The notes under the pieces: model-generated
The model's input: the letters and a program-made list of their open reading frames with translations, nothing else
Database searches by the model: none
Told to the model about the DNA's origin: nothing
Assembly (NCBI GenBank): GCA_037379345.1
Contig: CM074521.1
Span: 27,366,704 to 27,430,703 of the forward strand
Source of the DNA: Perna viridis
Lineage: Eukaryota
Reading direction: 5' to 3'
DNA: 64,000 nucleotides
Position numbers and translations under genes: made by a program
In this document: piece after piece, positions 1 to 12,700 of the stretch
Position numbering within the stretch: position 1 is the stretch's first letter
Layout: each line of letters opens with the position of its first letter

Positions 1-764
1 TACCTCCTCCACCGATGAGGGAACCTTTTCCAAATTTTTCAAGGCTGAACAGCCATAAACAGAATTATGACTTTGCTCGGGTTCCCACAGCTAATGCTCC
101 TTATCCACCTGATTTTGACGCAAGGACTGATTCAAATGGACTTTCACACAATGAAACCACATATATATTAAATGAAAGAGTTTGTAAGAAGAATTCACAC
201 AGTGTCCCTTGTGAAACTAACTGCAATGCAAGGACAGATTCAACTGTTAAAACTGATAATGAAAGGTCTTCTTATTTGAAGCAGACATTTTCAAAGGATT
301 TTTCTCAAAGTGTGCAGAAAGATACATGTAGCACTGTGAGAATGAATTATAAGGATGAAAATAAAACTAAAACTGTGAGTTTGTACTCTGAACAGCATAA
401 ATCTTCTGAATCCCTTAAAAGTATTCAAAAGTTGAATCATCCAAAATATCAAAAAATGACCGAACAAACTGTTTTGAAAGGTGAAAACGTAATCATAAAG
501 GAATTTAAAAAGTCAGGATCAACTCCAAAATTCATTCCTAGACAGATGCTGTCTGTTTCAAAACTAAAATCGGTACCTAACAAGACTCAAGCTCCAGTAA
601 AAGATAATGACGAACTTGATCAACAATTACGTAAGAATGCTGTTATGCTAGGAAGTACACAGGGACCAGGAGAGGTACCAGATGAATATAAGAAACCAGT
701 AAAGTTACCAACGGAGAAAGCTGTTGAAACAACAGTCACTGAAATTAGGAAAAGGCTCTCTGAA
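1..764 (+). CDS. RBM48: Large penultimate coding exon (5' end outside the window) of a probable RBM48-like RNA-binding protein
   Basis: Frame is open from base 3 and ends at a phase-0 donor GAA|GTATGT (764/765). Motifs PKFIPRQ, VMLGS and AVETTVTEIRKRLSE occur in the same order as vertebrate RBM48 C-terminal motifs recalled from memory (PRFxPR, IMIGP, SLNTTANLIRHKLKE). The RRM is not in the window, so the identity is tentative. Confidence 0.55.
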
Positions 765-940
765 GTATGTATAATATCAGTTTGACAGGAAATTCTGTTC
801 AACCCCATTTTACCCCATTGAACTAAGCAAAGATTGGCACCCAAAAGTTGGTGAACAATATTTAAAACAAAGAAAGTTTTCGTTCTACTCACCATTTTTG
901 GGTCTAGTTATTTAACTGCAAATTGATTTTTAATGAAAAT

Positions 941-1185
941 ATTAAGTTAGTTGATACCAGTCCTGATATGGACCAATTAAGTTAGTTGATACCAGTCCTG
1001 ATATGGACCTATTAAGTTAGTTGATACCAGTCCTGATATGGACCAATTAAGTTAGTTGATACCAGTCCTGATATGGACCAATTAAGTTAGTTGATACCAG
1101 TCCTGATATGGACCAATTAAGTTAGTTGATACCAGTCCTGATATGGACCAATTAAGTTAGTTGATACCAATCCTGATATGGACCA
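941..1185. repeat. Intronic minisatellite, 7 x 35 bp (ATTAAGTTAGTTGATACCAGTCCTGATATGGACCA)
   Basis: Head-to-tail units start at 941, 976, 1011, 1046, 1081, 1116 and 1151. They are nearly identical and have no spacers. Confidence 0.97.
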
Positions 1186-1402
1186 ATTTGAAGTTTAATA
1201 TGCCACAGTACCAAATTAGTTTTGCACAAAATAACCTGAACTGCCGACAGAGAACCACCCAATTAGCTGGCTTCTTTTAATTCAAATTAAAACAAATTTG
1301 CTGTATTCTGATTTCGTTGTTAATACATTGGTATGGATTATCACCCTTTGAACAGTATACATTTTCAGTCGTTGTGTTACGCTCCTTTTTTTTGTGTTTC
1401 AG

Positions 1403-1450
1403 TTCTCTGCAGGACCAGTTGCAAAGAAAAAGGTCAAGAAAGAAGATTAA
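1403..1450 (+). CDS. RBM48: Terminal coding exon of the RBM48-like gene (FSAGPVAKKKVKKED*)
   Basis: Strong acceptor ccttttttttgtgtttcAG (AG at 1401-1402), in phase 0 with the 764 donor, giving a 638-nt intron. Basic NLS-like tail, TAA at 1448-1450, AATAAA near 1479 and 1790. Confidence 0.65.
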   Translation, partial: FSAGPVAKKKVKKED

Positions 1451-2320
1451 TGTTCAAATGTATTTCAGTTTTATAGTTAATAAAATATTGGCTCAGCCAT
1501 AGACAGAACAAAATTTATGATTCAATATTTCCCCATATCTAACTCTGAATGCTGCTGCAAAAAGTAAATTATTTTACCTCTTATTTTTCTCTCAACATAA
1601 AATCCCAGGCCCCCTCAAGGCTTAAAAACAGGCACTAAGTTAAAAAAAAGTGTCATACTGCTCACCTTATCCATCCATTTGTCCATTGATCTGTTCATCT
1701 GTTTGGCATCAGATTATTTTTTATTATTTGCCAATATTGTGATGGACCTATTATAGAATACTGCTGTCTATTCTTCTGCCCACATATACAATAAACTCGA
1801 GAACACTTTAGTTTGGTCTTGACAAGATTTGCTCAGTTCCTAGTGGAGAATGTACACTGTATCATGTGGTTTAGGGTTTTCAATCAGTCTTTTCACTCAT
1901 TATTAACATGGACTTTATATTAAACAAGAATTCAGATTGTAATAATGGTTTGGTACATGTACATATTTGTCTTGATGGAAGAAAGGTCCCTTTTTTGTTT
2001 CATTATTTCTTATTTTTTGTTATTAAGTAAAGGGGTTTAGGTGTAATATTTAATTTAGCACAACTGCATGTCAATTTAATTTTGCCATAAATCAACCAAT
2101 GTTTGTTAAGACATAAACTTAATACCAGTAAAGAAAATGTACAATTTTGAAACTAACTATCTCATATTTTGTAAGAAAATTATATGATGGAGTTCATTAT
2201 CCTACCTGTTTTACGTAAAATTTTCTTGGTAAAAGTATCATATAGATGAATGAATGTATTTCCAGTCCTTTTTCAGAATCATTTCATATTTTATAGGTAG
2301 TTGTTAGTTATCTCTTTGTT

Positions 2321-2697
2321 CTTGTTTTCCCTACACCTACCCATACATGTACTCCTTGTTTTGCTCTACACCTACTTATACATGTACTCGTTGTGTTTTG
2401 CCCTACACCTACTCATACATGTACTCGTTTTGCCCTACACCTACTCATACATGTACTCCTTGTTTTGCCCTACACCTACCCATACATGTACTCCTTGTTT
2501 TGCCTTACACCTGACCATACATGTACTCGTTTTGCCCTACACCTACCCATACATGTACTTGTTTTGCCCTACAGCTACCCATACATGTACTCGTTTTGCC
2601 TTACACCTACCCATACATGTATTTGTTTTGCCCTACAGCTACCCATACATGTAATTGTTTTGCCCTACACATACTCATACATGTACTCCTTGTTTTT
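2321..2697. repeat. Minisatellite, about 11 units of ~31-36 bp (TTTTGCCCTACACCTACCCATACATGTACTC core)
   Basis: Directly visible tandem array; it explains the three overlapping low-complexity ORFs at 2301-2865. Confidence 0.95.
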
Positions 2698-3899
2698 CCT
2701 GTTAGTAGTCTCCCAATTCTACCAGACATTTACTTATATATATGTTCTGTATTTAAACAGCTTCATGGAAGCAAATGCTTTGCTTGTCTGTTTTTAGCCT
2801 TTAATGTTCAAAAACTTTTTAGTGTTGTTGGGAGTGATAAAATATTATGCCAAGAAAATTATTAGTAATTGGTTCCATAGGTTTCTGGCTCTGTGGTTGA
2901 CATGTCCCTTTTTTATATTTCTGCAAAAATATTGCAGTAGTGTTATGGTGTTTCTGGGTGAAACCATAGCTTGAGTATAATATTTTGATCTTTAAAAAAG
3001 TGTACCACAAGCTTGAATACTATCATTTTGTATCAACTCATTTCTTCAATGTAAAGAAGCTGTGCCAGGTAGAGTTTGTGATTCATTGGTCATCACTTTG
3101 TTATATAGCCTGAATAGCATTGAGTTTCTTCAGATTTGGATATCGGTATCCATAAAAGCATGGAAGGCAAGTCTGTATATAGGGGCACCACTTCAGGATG
3201 ATGTGTTGGTATAGTATTGATTTTTACAGATGTCTATAGAAGAGCCCTTATTTTTTAGACAGAGTGTCAAACTTGATGCATCGTGGGATATGTTCACTAG
3301 GCATCTTTCATTATACTGGTAATTTGTTTTATATTGGGTATAGGAAGTAGTTACCATTGAATTTATCTTAAAGTTCAGGCTAGATAAGGCGTCTTTTTGT
3401 AAGGTATTTAACTTAAATTAGCAATATTGATGTTTTTTTTTTTCCTTTGGTATTAATATGTAAAAACCATTGGGTCAATGCCATAGCTGATGCTGATAGG
3501 TCCCACAGTGTATTCAACAACCCAGTAGTTAAGACTTGTCTAACCAGAATTGTACCACAGGCTATTTACTTATATTTGCAGTAGCACAAAATCCAAAACC
3601 CCTTATGCACTGAGGCTTTATACCTTGTATTACACGTCATAAAACTTCTTGGTGCTGGATTTTGCTTCCTCTTTAAAGAATTTGGGTTTTTCGTGTTTTG
3701 TGTTAACAAATTATTTTTTATCTAATGTTGAGAGGTCCCAGGTTACTTCTTGAAACACATGCACAGCATACCGAAATGTGCAATATATAAATGATTGGTA
3801 CTTTGATATGTGGCTAGGTTGGAGGACATCTATCTCATAGAAATTCCCCCCATTTTATTTTAATTTAATGTTTAAATGGAATAGTTAATACAGGCAGAA

Positions 3900-6730
3900 A
3901 AGAAAGTTCCACATTCAACAAATATTTATTTTTTATTTTTATCAAAATATAGATTTTTGATTATACAGAATTTTGGATCAAAGCATCATTGATATGCTGG
4001 CATACCAAAACACTGTACATTGTTTCAAAATCTTTAAAATCAACAGAATAGCAAAAAAACAACTGTACAATTAGGCCAAGTCTTATTATAAATTGGTTCT
4101 CAAAGTCATTTCATTGTTATATAGAAACACTAATGGCACATAAAGAATTTCTAGAAAAGGAGATCAAGGTTCTAGTTGAAAGAAAAATAATGAAATCTCA
4201 TTGGATATTGAGGTAAATCTTTTAAAAAGGGTGTGTTTACACTACCTTCCTTTTCTTGTTTGCTGGATTAGTTCTATAAGTATGGCTACCTTAAAACCAC
4301 AAAAAGAGCTTGTAATGGCCTAAATTAAGGTTTTTTTTTTTTCTTTTTGGAAACCAAGAGCACCAGGAATAAGTTGACTTGGCCTAAACATTGTAATTAT
4401 TTTCTACGTCATTCATCATCCTGCCATTAATCAACACATACAACATTCATTTAACACCTGTACAAAGCATTCCTGTGTATGAAAAAAAATCTGATGATTA
4501 TGAAACATGATTATGACAGATTCTGCAATTGGAAGTTCATTGTGCTGAATGTGAGAAAAAGTTGTGTATTCATGGTAAACAATGTGTAAAGTTATTCTAC
4601 AATGTTTACTACTTGAATTTGCATTGGTAACTATAACTTTAAATTGTCAACAATTTCTTTTATCACTTTTGAGACTTCATATTAATAAAATGAATGTAAA
4701 GCCGTACTATAAAGACAGCAGGAAAATGTCTTAATTTTTATTTCTTCAGGTTTCCCACTCAGTCAAGTGATGCTATATTTCATATGAAATCATCTTTTTA
4801 ATCAGTAGTTTTAAAAGAAAATATGCACATTTGAAAAAGAAAAAAACTACTATTTTTGTTCATTCTTCTGTAGCATATATAGATAACATAACCACCAAAA
4901 CTTGACCATAACTTAACTACTAGGTTTGTAAAATCAAAATAAGTCGTTTTCAATATCAATTCATCAAACCGATTTGATCAACAAGAAGAACTCAATTAAT
5001 CTCTTCAAATAAATATGTTAAAAATCAATACATAAATAAATCTGCTATATATAACTTTTAAAAGCATCTATCTGATATTTATTTCCTTTAAAATCACGTT
5101 TCCTTTTAACTGAAAGACCTTTTGGACACATTGGGTATGTTAGTTTAATTTGCAAGAGCCCTTGAGTGAGCATTCAGTTATTTCCTCAAAAAAAGAAAAA
5201 AAATAAGCAGGGAACTTTAAGAAAGAATTAATTCAAGAAAATGTCCTGAGTTGAATTTTAAACTGACAGAAAAATGCATAGCTTCAAATTCATTTAAATA
5301 AAACGAATTAAGATATAAAAAAAAAAAATGAAACATTAAATGAAATGAAACACTCATGACTCACTTTTTTTCTACTTCATACTGTAAGTTTTTGGGACCC
5401 AAATGTATTAATGGAGTTATCTCCCTTTGACCATTTATTCTAGCTAACATCCTAACATACACTGTGCAAAACCATATAAAAAATAAACAGACCACACAGA
5501 AATGTTACTTAGAATACAACTTCAATTTATTGTGGAGAACTTTTTTTTTATCTAATGAATTAAAAAAAAGAAGCTTTTTGTTTATATTTTTGCTTAATTC
5601 AACAACAGCCTTATTTGTTATAAAATCAAAACTAGTGCAGAACAAAAAGTAACAAGTAGAATCATTTTGGTTGCATAAGCAAGGAGATCTAATTGGGTTT
5701 AACTGAAAGTTCAAAGGTCACAGCAGGTTTCTAGAAGTTCTAATTTAGTCCAAAGAAAGTTACACTGGAAAGAATTGCAAGTTTGTTCTGCCATGGAAAA
5801 GTTAATTTTCAGAAAAATCTTTTCTATCAACAGCACAAATTTATAAACATCTAGAGCACAGCACAATTAATAAATATAATAAAAATCTGAAATTCATTTC
5901 ATGTGTAATCTTAGTAACACAATACACACATTAAAAATCATGAAAATAGAACTGTCTTGTAACTTTATAACAATATAAACAATAAAATCTTAGAATTCTA
6001 CAACTCTCAACCAACATTCAACGGACATAAATGAAACTAAAAACTTGACCTGATTTTCTCATACATATCAAAAACAATTTTCATTCACATTTTCTCGATC
6101 AATCTTTATATGCATAATAATATACAAGTAAATTTTGTTCTATTCCATGACCTATGGTACAACAAATCCTTTGGGAAGGCACTCTTACAGAGTGGAATAA
6201 GTACACATGTAAAATCACACTCCATTTTCTTCTCCATAGAATCTTTTCAGTGATTGAGTGGAGTTAGTCTTTCATGCAATTATTTATTTGTTCTGTATCA
6301 AAAGCCAAAAGAAAGATTACGTTTCCATGGATTATTTTAGCAGTAGTTCTCAATAAAGAGACAATAAAACTTCATCTTTCTTTTAAATACAAGCATACAA
6401 TTTTGAAAATCAAAAGTTACCAACATTTTTTCCATCCTCTTAATGAATAGAAATATTCAACATTTAATTCATATTAAATAATGGAGTATTTGATTTGAAA
6501 AAAAAATATTGTTAGCTCTGTAACTATGATCAATCTAAACAAGACCTGAGTCTCAGCAGATGGATCTTTACACTTAAAAATCTTTCATTTAAGATTTCTT
6601 TTTGCTGATCTTGTCGATGTCTGTCAGTAAGAGTTGTTCCCCTTTGTACAGTAGGTATACAATAACATGTCACAGTCCATTGCACATTTAGTCACCTCTT
6701 TTCTTCAATTTTACTTTTTGATCTGATCAC
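3900..6730 (-). other. Candidate non-coding terminal (3' UTR) exon of ZC3H10; distal end uncertain
   Basis: Strong - strand acceptor ttttattattttccttttttcAG|GTGATC (exon starts at 6730). All frames close within 13 codons. Several - strand AATAAA downstream (e.g. 3930-3925, ~4740, ~5435). Confidence 0.45.
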
Positions 6731-9700
6731 CTGAAAAAAGGAAAATAATAAAATGTTGTTGTTCATTTATAAAAGTGTATATTAAAAACTTGCTGCAAAA
6801 TAAAATATCCTCAGATATAATGTAAATAAGGGCAACTTAACAAGAATTGACAGACGAATTTAGTACTTGGAAAAAACTCATTTCTTTTGACAAAAGAAAC
6901 CAGATATAGTTGATTTACACTATTCTATTAATAAATGCCTGTTCTCTGAGTGTTGATTGTTCATCAATAACATCACACAAATAAAAACAGCTGTTGCATC
7001 TTCATTAATAAATAGTATACAAGTACACCATGTAATAAACTAGTCAAATCAATTGTTCACAATCCAGAGGAGTAAACCATTGACTTGGAATTAAATTGTT
7101 TCAACAATTGTCAATGTGTCCACAAATAACATTTAAGTGTCAGTCCCTGTAAGAATCAGACAGCTGGTGAAACAACCTGCCTCTTTGACAGTTTAAATTA
7201 ACATTATGTACCACTAAAATCAAGGAATAAGGACAAGATTTTCCATATTAATATCATCTTATCTCTACTGGCAGTTCAGCATACCTGTAAACCTATGGAG
7301 CAGTTGATGTGCAAGAATCTCAACACTGATTGACACTGTCTGATGTTGGAGATTATTATCTATAAGCAATTTTTTGCTGTAAAAATTCAATTATTTAGTA
7401 ATTTTCAGAGAAAAATATAGCTATTTTAACAAACACACACACAAATCTTACATTTTAATGTGGGAAATTCCATATTTTTCATGTCATTGATTTTGTAGGA
7501 GTCTCCCCCTTATCAGAATGGGTTAACAGTTCAGTGGGTTTCAGATTTTTCCCATTTTATCTGATTTTAAGAAGACTTGCACTTTAATTCTACATTTTAT
7601 TCTACATTTTCTGCAATTTTCATTGGTCCAATTCTGAAAGACTGATATGGGATTTTACTACCAACTTGAAAGACCCATTGTATTCAAGTCTACAGTGTCA
7701 TTAGAAGATGCATATGGTAGTTGTCAAATTTTACCTTCTAATGCCTAAACACACACCACCCTTTTCAGAGTTTCTGGATCAGCCATCACTGCTACTACCT
7801 TTTAAGAAATTTTGGGAAAATGTTTATTGAAACCTCCAAAGTCCAAAGTTAAGTCTGCATAGTTGTACTGTATTGAATAAGGTATGACATACCACCACTT
7901 TGATTTAATCAGGGAAATTGAATGTCTAATTATGTCCCACTGGGTCCTCATTAGAAAGAAGAGAAATAAGATTCTTAACATGGCATTCGTATATTTCCTT
8001 GCCAGGAAATTCAGCTTGTATTTTTAATTTAGATAAGTGAGAATGAAGGAGATCTGAAGATAGATATCTTCGTATTTGTATATGGTGTTAAATTAATATT
8101 CTGAAGAATAGAATTACATGATGAGAAAGTTTGTGTCTTTGCTGCCAATCCTGGGTTGTTAATCTGTTAGGTGCATCAGGACTCAACACCATAATAAATT
8201 GTAAGTTCTTATCTGGTTTCCTTTCCCCAGGCATGCTAAAGCTGACTGTATGAGGAAATCAGACATATTGTCTGAAGCCTGAACATCATGCCCTGTATCA
8301 AATAGTAAAATGCACTAATTCTATGATGAAGTCAACCAACTTCAGTTGTTTTTGACAGCTCACTGACTAGTGTAACTTCAGTCTTTCAGTCTTTCATTTA
8401 CATAAAACTGACTTGAATCAAGGAAAAACTTTTTCAATGTAAATAAAACAATGCAGGGCTTCTCTAGAATTAACTGTGACCAATGAATTTGACAGCACAA
8501 GGAAAGGTACATTTGAAGGTTGATTTCTTACTTTTCATGACGCTTACACAAAAATAGACAATTAAAAAAAAAATCTCAGGAGAATTCCTTTGAAACTTTT
8601 AATTTCCCATAGAAAGTTAAAAAAATCACCCTAAGCACAGCAAACCAAAATTTGCGTAATGGTACATTAAACTGGAAATAAAATATCAGCAAAAGGAAGG
8701 TCAGCTTAACCTTGAAAACGCCAGTGGACTAACACTGACAACTTCCAAACACTTTCTAGACAAATCCTCTCAACATGTGACATTCTATTTACAGTGCTTT
8801 TCTCCTAAACACCATTAAAGCGTAAGGGCTGTAACATTCTTATCCTAAGTCTGTCTAACACAGTTAAACAACAATACATTACAACAAAGGACTTGTGACC
8901 CTGTGAAATGGGATTCTACTGTAATTTGAATGATTAGCAAACAGAAATGAATTTTCAATTGCCGATTAGTGGATGATGCCTACTCCTTTATGGCGACAAA
9001 TAGGTACATCGAGTGCAGTATAATATTTGTTTAGATATTGTTGTATTTAACTTTGAATAAAAATCATGATTCTTCAAGTTTAATGGATTGAAAACAAATT
9101 TTAAAGTATAACTTTAGTTCAAAATTTTAGTGCATTAAAACTGAACCCTCCATAAAACAGGAACTTAGGGTAAACATGAATCTAAAACATTTACTGGTTC
9201 ATGTCAAACATTTACAGCTAGAATTATAGGTACTAAAGTCATGTTTATTCTTGCCATATAAAAAAATTATACTGTAAAAGTACAATGGTATGTGGGACAT
9301 CCATATTTGTTGTTTTCATGAATATATTGTCAAACAATGAATTAAAGACATCAATGAAATGTAAATTTTCTCTTTAAAACACTAATGCTGAATTTGTACA
9401 TATAAATACAGTTTTATTACACATTCCATTTATATCTATTGACCTCCCCCTTTTTTTAAATTTATAGAATTTGAGATGCTATCTTTGAAATGTGACATGT
9501 TTTAAACTATAAATAAACAATTTTTACATGAAACATATCAATTTGAAGTAACAAATGTGAAAAATTAATTTTTCTACCATAGAATTATAAAACAGGGTGT
9601 CAACATTCTGAATTCCATTGACAACTTATGATCATAATTTTACATTGATCCAAGAAAATATATATAATGGCGTATCTTATGATGCCTGATTCAACATCTC

Positions 9701-12700
9701 ATACATATCTCATCCTTCTCCTAAACCACTTTACAGAATTTAATGAAATTTTCAAAGAATACTTATTAAATATGCAAAATGCACACCTTCTTTTTTTTAT
9801 ATTTTGATCTGAATCTTCTTTAAGTTCTCATGGAGCAAAACACATACATTGATATATCCTGACACTTTAAATTTAGGAATTTCAGGAATTGATGGATGAT
9901 AAGCTGCATGTTATTCATGACAACTATGTGATCTGGTTCAATAAGCTTATTAAGTCTATGTTGTAACACACAGATCTCACTCAGTAACCAAATCATCACT
10001 ACTTCTCTGCCAAGCATTGGGCAAATTAGAGATAGAGTTACAACTTTAGGGCTCAAAGTCAAATTTACATGCCTACCAATGGGCTATAGCATCCATGTGA
10101 GCACATTAAAAATCAAACTCAGGGTTTCATAGCAAAACAAGATCTCTGCAATTGATAGAACGTACTCATATTGAAATGCATAAATATCTGCCATAGGACG
10201 TTAAACTACAAACAATCAACCAATCAGATATCAGTGTACATGATGAGGTCGTCTTAACATAATGGTCATCCAATGAGAATGTCATGTCTTCACCAACCTC
10301 CTGCACAGATGGTATTTTTGCTATTTTAAAGTTTAACACCCCTATTAAACTCAGTACTAAACCTAGCTCTACTTGCAAATTAGTACAGTCCAACTAAGAC
10401 AGCTTTACAGATTCCTTGAGAGTACTGCTCATGCTTTTTGATTTTTTTTTAACATTCTGTATAGCAGAGCGTTTAAGCAAGTGGAATGACACAGAAGCAG
10501 TTACAATTCTGTGAAGGAGTTTGGTGTCCACATTTGCATCAACAAAGTCATACTCATCAGTAGAGATCTGTTTCAGTTAGAAATGAAATAGTTGTTTTTA
10601 ATCAAATCAAATGCATTTAACATATAAAAACATATTTATATTGCCTTAACTATTTTCATGGTAGGATCATTTACAATAACATCAACTTTATGGGTATATC
10701 TAACAACTATTGCAGCAACTGAAAACATGATTATGATTTATATGATTTATAAGTTCCAAGAAAAAGCACCAAACAAATTCTACACATGAGAGCCCCATTA
10801 ACTGTGTCAGCAGGGAGCAAAGTCTCACCTTATAATTAACATTCAAATGGTCACATTCATCAAAATGAAGAATGTTCAGCAATTGAAAAATTGGATACAT
10901 GATACCGATAAACCATCGAAAATCTATTAGACCTGGCTTAAATCATGGTTGTTTCTGAAAATCAGTGAAATGTAGATCCTTTAAGTAATAGTTGAACTTA
11001 ATGGACCTATCTATGAAGATTTAAGGGCTGAAGTGTTTATTTTGTCAAATATCTTTCCCATTTTAAGGCCAAGGTTGCTTTTGGTATGTTAAAGAAACAG
11101 TATTGATGAAATACATGTGACATAAAAATCAGTGGGGTCAAAGTTGCACACACTTGTTTCTGTTGAAAAGTCTAAATCATACTTTTGTATTTCATTTTCT
11201 GAAGAAGTCCCTTTGGATAAATTTTCAAAGAGTCTATATGTGTAAAATGAACCTAATGTGTGATTTTCTTCGTAAATAGCCTTTACAAATTATATTACTT
11301 CTTAAAGATTCCAAATCCTCGAATGTGCATGCATTTAAATGTAAAATAAGGCTCTGATACTTTGTTTTGAGTACATAGTCTTACATCACAAAAGAAGAAC
11401 TCTTTTCCTATTCATAGACACAAAGATAAATATATCTGTGTAATGCAGTCACAACTATCCCAATATAAATACATTAATCTCTGAAATAATGCAATCTAAC
11501 TTGTAAGACAACACAAATAATCTTTACATCTTGGAAACTACAAATTTTTACACAAATTTCTATGAAAGAGTATAAACTCATTACAATCAATAACATGTTC
11601 AAGTTAACCTTTGCCATGATAAACAACTTCAGATTTCCTTAATTAAAAGTTACTAATTTCTGAACAATAACAAAAGGTCACCTTATGTTGCTATGGTGCA
11701 AAACTGTTCGACTCTAATCATAAGGAAATGTTTGCATGATAAGGACTAATTATAGACCCAGCACAAACTGTGGGGCAAAGCCTGATTAAACCTTATTACA
11801 ATACACCTGACTTTATTTCCTGCATGGATATTGATACGTAATTAGAACCAAAATTAGGTGAGCAGGATAGTTATGACTCCCATCTATCACCTATTAGTCA
11901 TGATATGTCAGGTCATATTTTACCGTTTGGGGAAAAATTATGGCTAAAATTAATCTATTCAGGTGGAATTCCGCATATTAAATTTTATCACGACAGCCAA
12001 ACTGTAATTATGATGGATTTTTTTGTTTTTTATCTTTGAGAAGGTATAATTCAGATGTGAAAGAGAAGGTTTCATTTTCTGAACACTGGACTTATTCTCC
12101 TTTAGCCTAAGTAGTATTAATAACACAGCTTAATGAGTAATTTGGGATATTATTTCAGTTTCTCTAACGAAGCAATTATATTTTTGACATTGTAGGACTA
12201 CTGATTTCTCAGATTTTTACTCCATTAGGGGTCCTTATCAAACATATATAGATTCTAATAAAGCAGTCTTAATTCTTTGTAAAAAATATCAAGGATTTAT
12301 ATGTCTGGCAGATAAATTACAGGATAACTTATTAGTCTTCATATTTCCCTATTGTTTTAAAATAACAGTATACATTTTTCTTTCAAAGGAAGAAATTTAT
12401 GGTATGATCAACTGATAACCTTACTCCTTGAACTTTTTTTCTGACCCATTTTGTACAACTACAACTAAGAAATATGTAAAAAAGAAATGGTGACATAAGA
12501 TTTTTTAATCAACTTCCTAAACAAAATAATCTAAGGTTGATTTCACAAATAACTGTCAGTGTAAAATTAGTTGTAATTTATGACATCACAATACTTTGAT
12601 CTGTCATGATGTCGAAACTTATGACTGATTTTTCACTTGGGACTTTTCGTGGAAAGGACTGCAGAAATCTTTTGGAAAGTCCATATATAAAAAAGAGTTG

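Noticed and set aside
15-785. 256-aa ORF as a complete gene
   Set aside because: The frame is open upstream of the ATG, and the last residues (VCIISV) lie past the donor at 765.
941-1185. 35-bp repeat as a CRISPR array
   Set aside because: Units abut with no unique spacers, there are no cas genes, and it lies in a spliceosomal intron.
765-1402. U12-type intron in the RBM48-like gene
   Set aside because: The donor is GTATGT, not GTATCCTT, and the acceptor has an ordinary polypyrimidine tract.
2301-2865. Repetitive ORFs of 114-134 aa
   Set aside because: They are translations of the minisatellite in all three frames.
6692-6730. VIRSKSKIEEKR* as the coding last exon of a separate host gene
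   Set aside because: No upstream coding exons were found in 57 kb, and the post-stop ZC3H10 donor explains the acceptor more simply. Not fully excluded.
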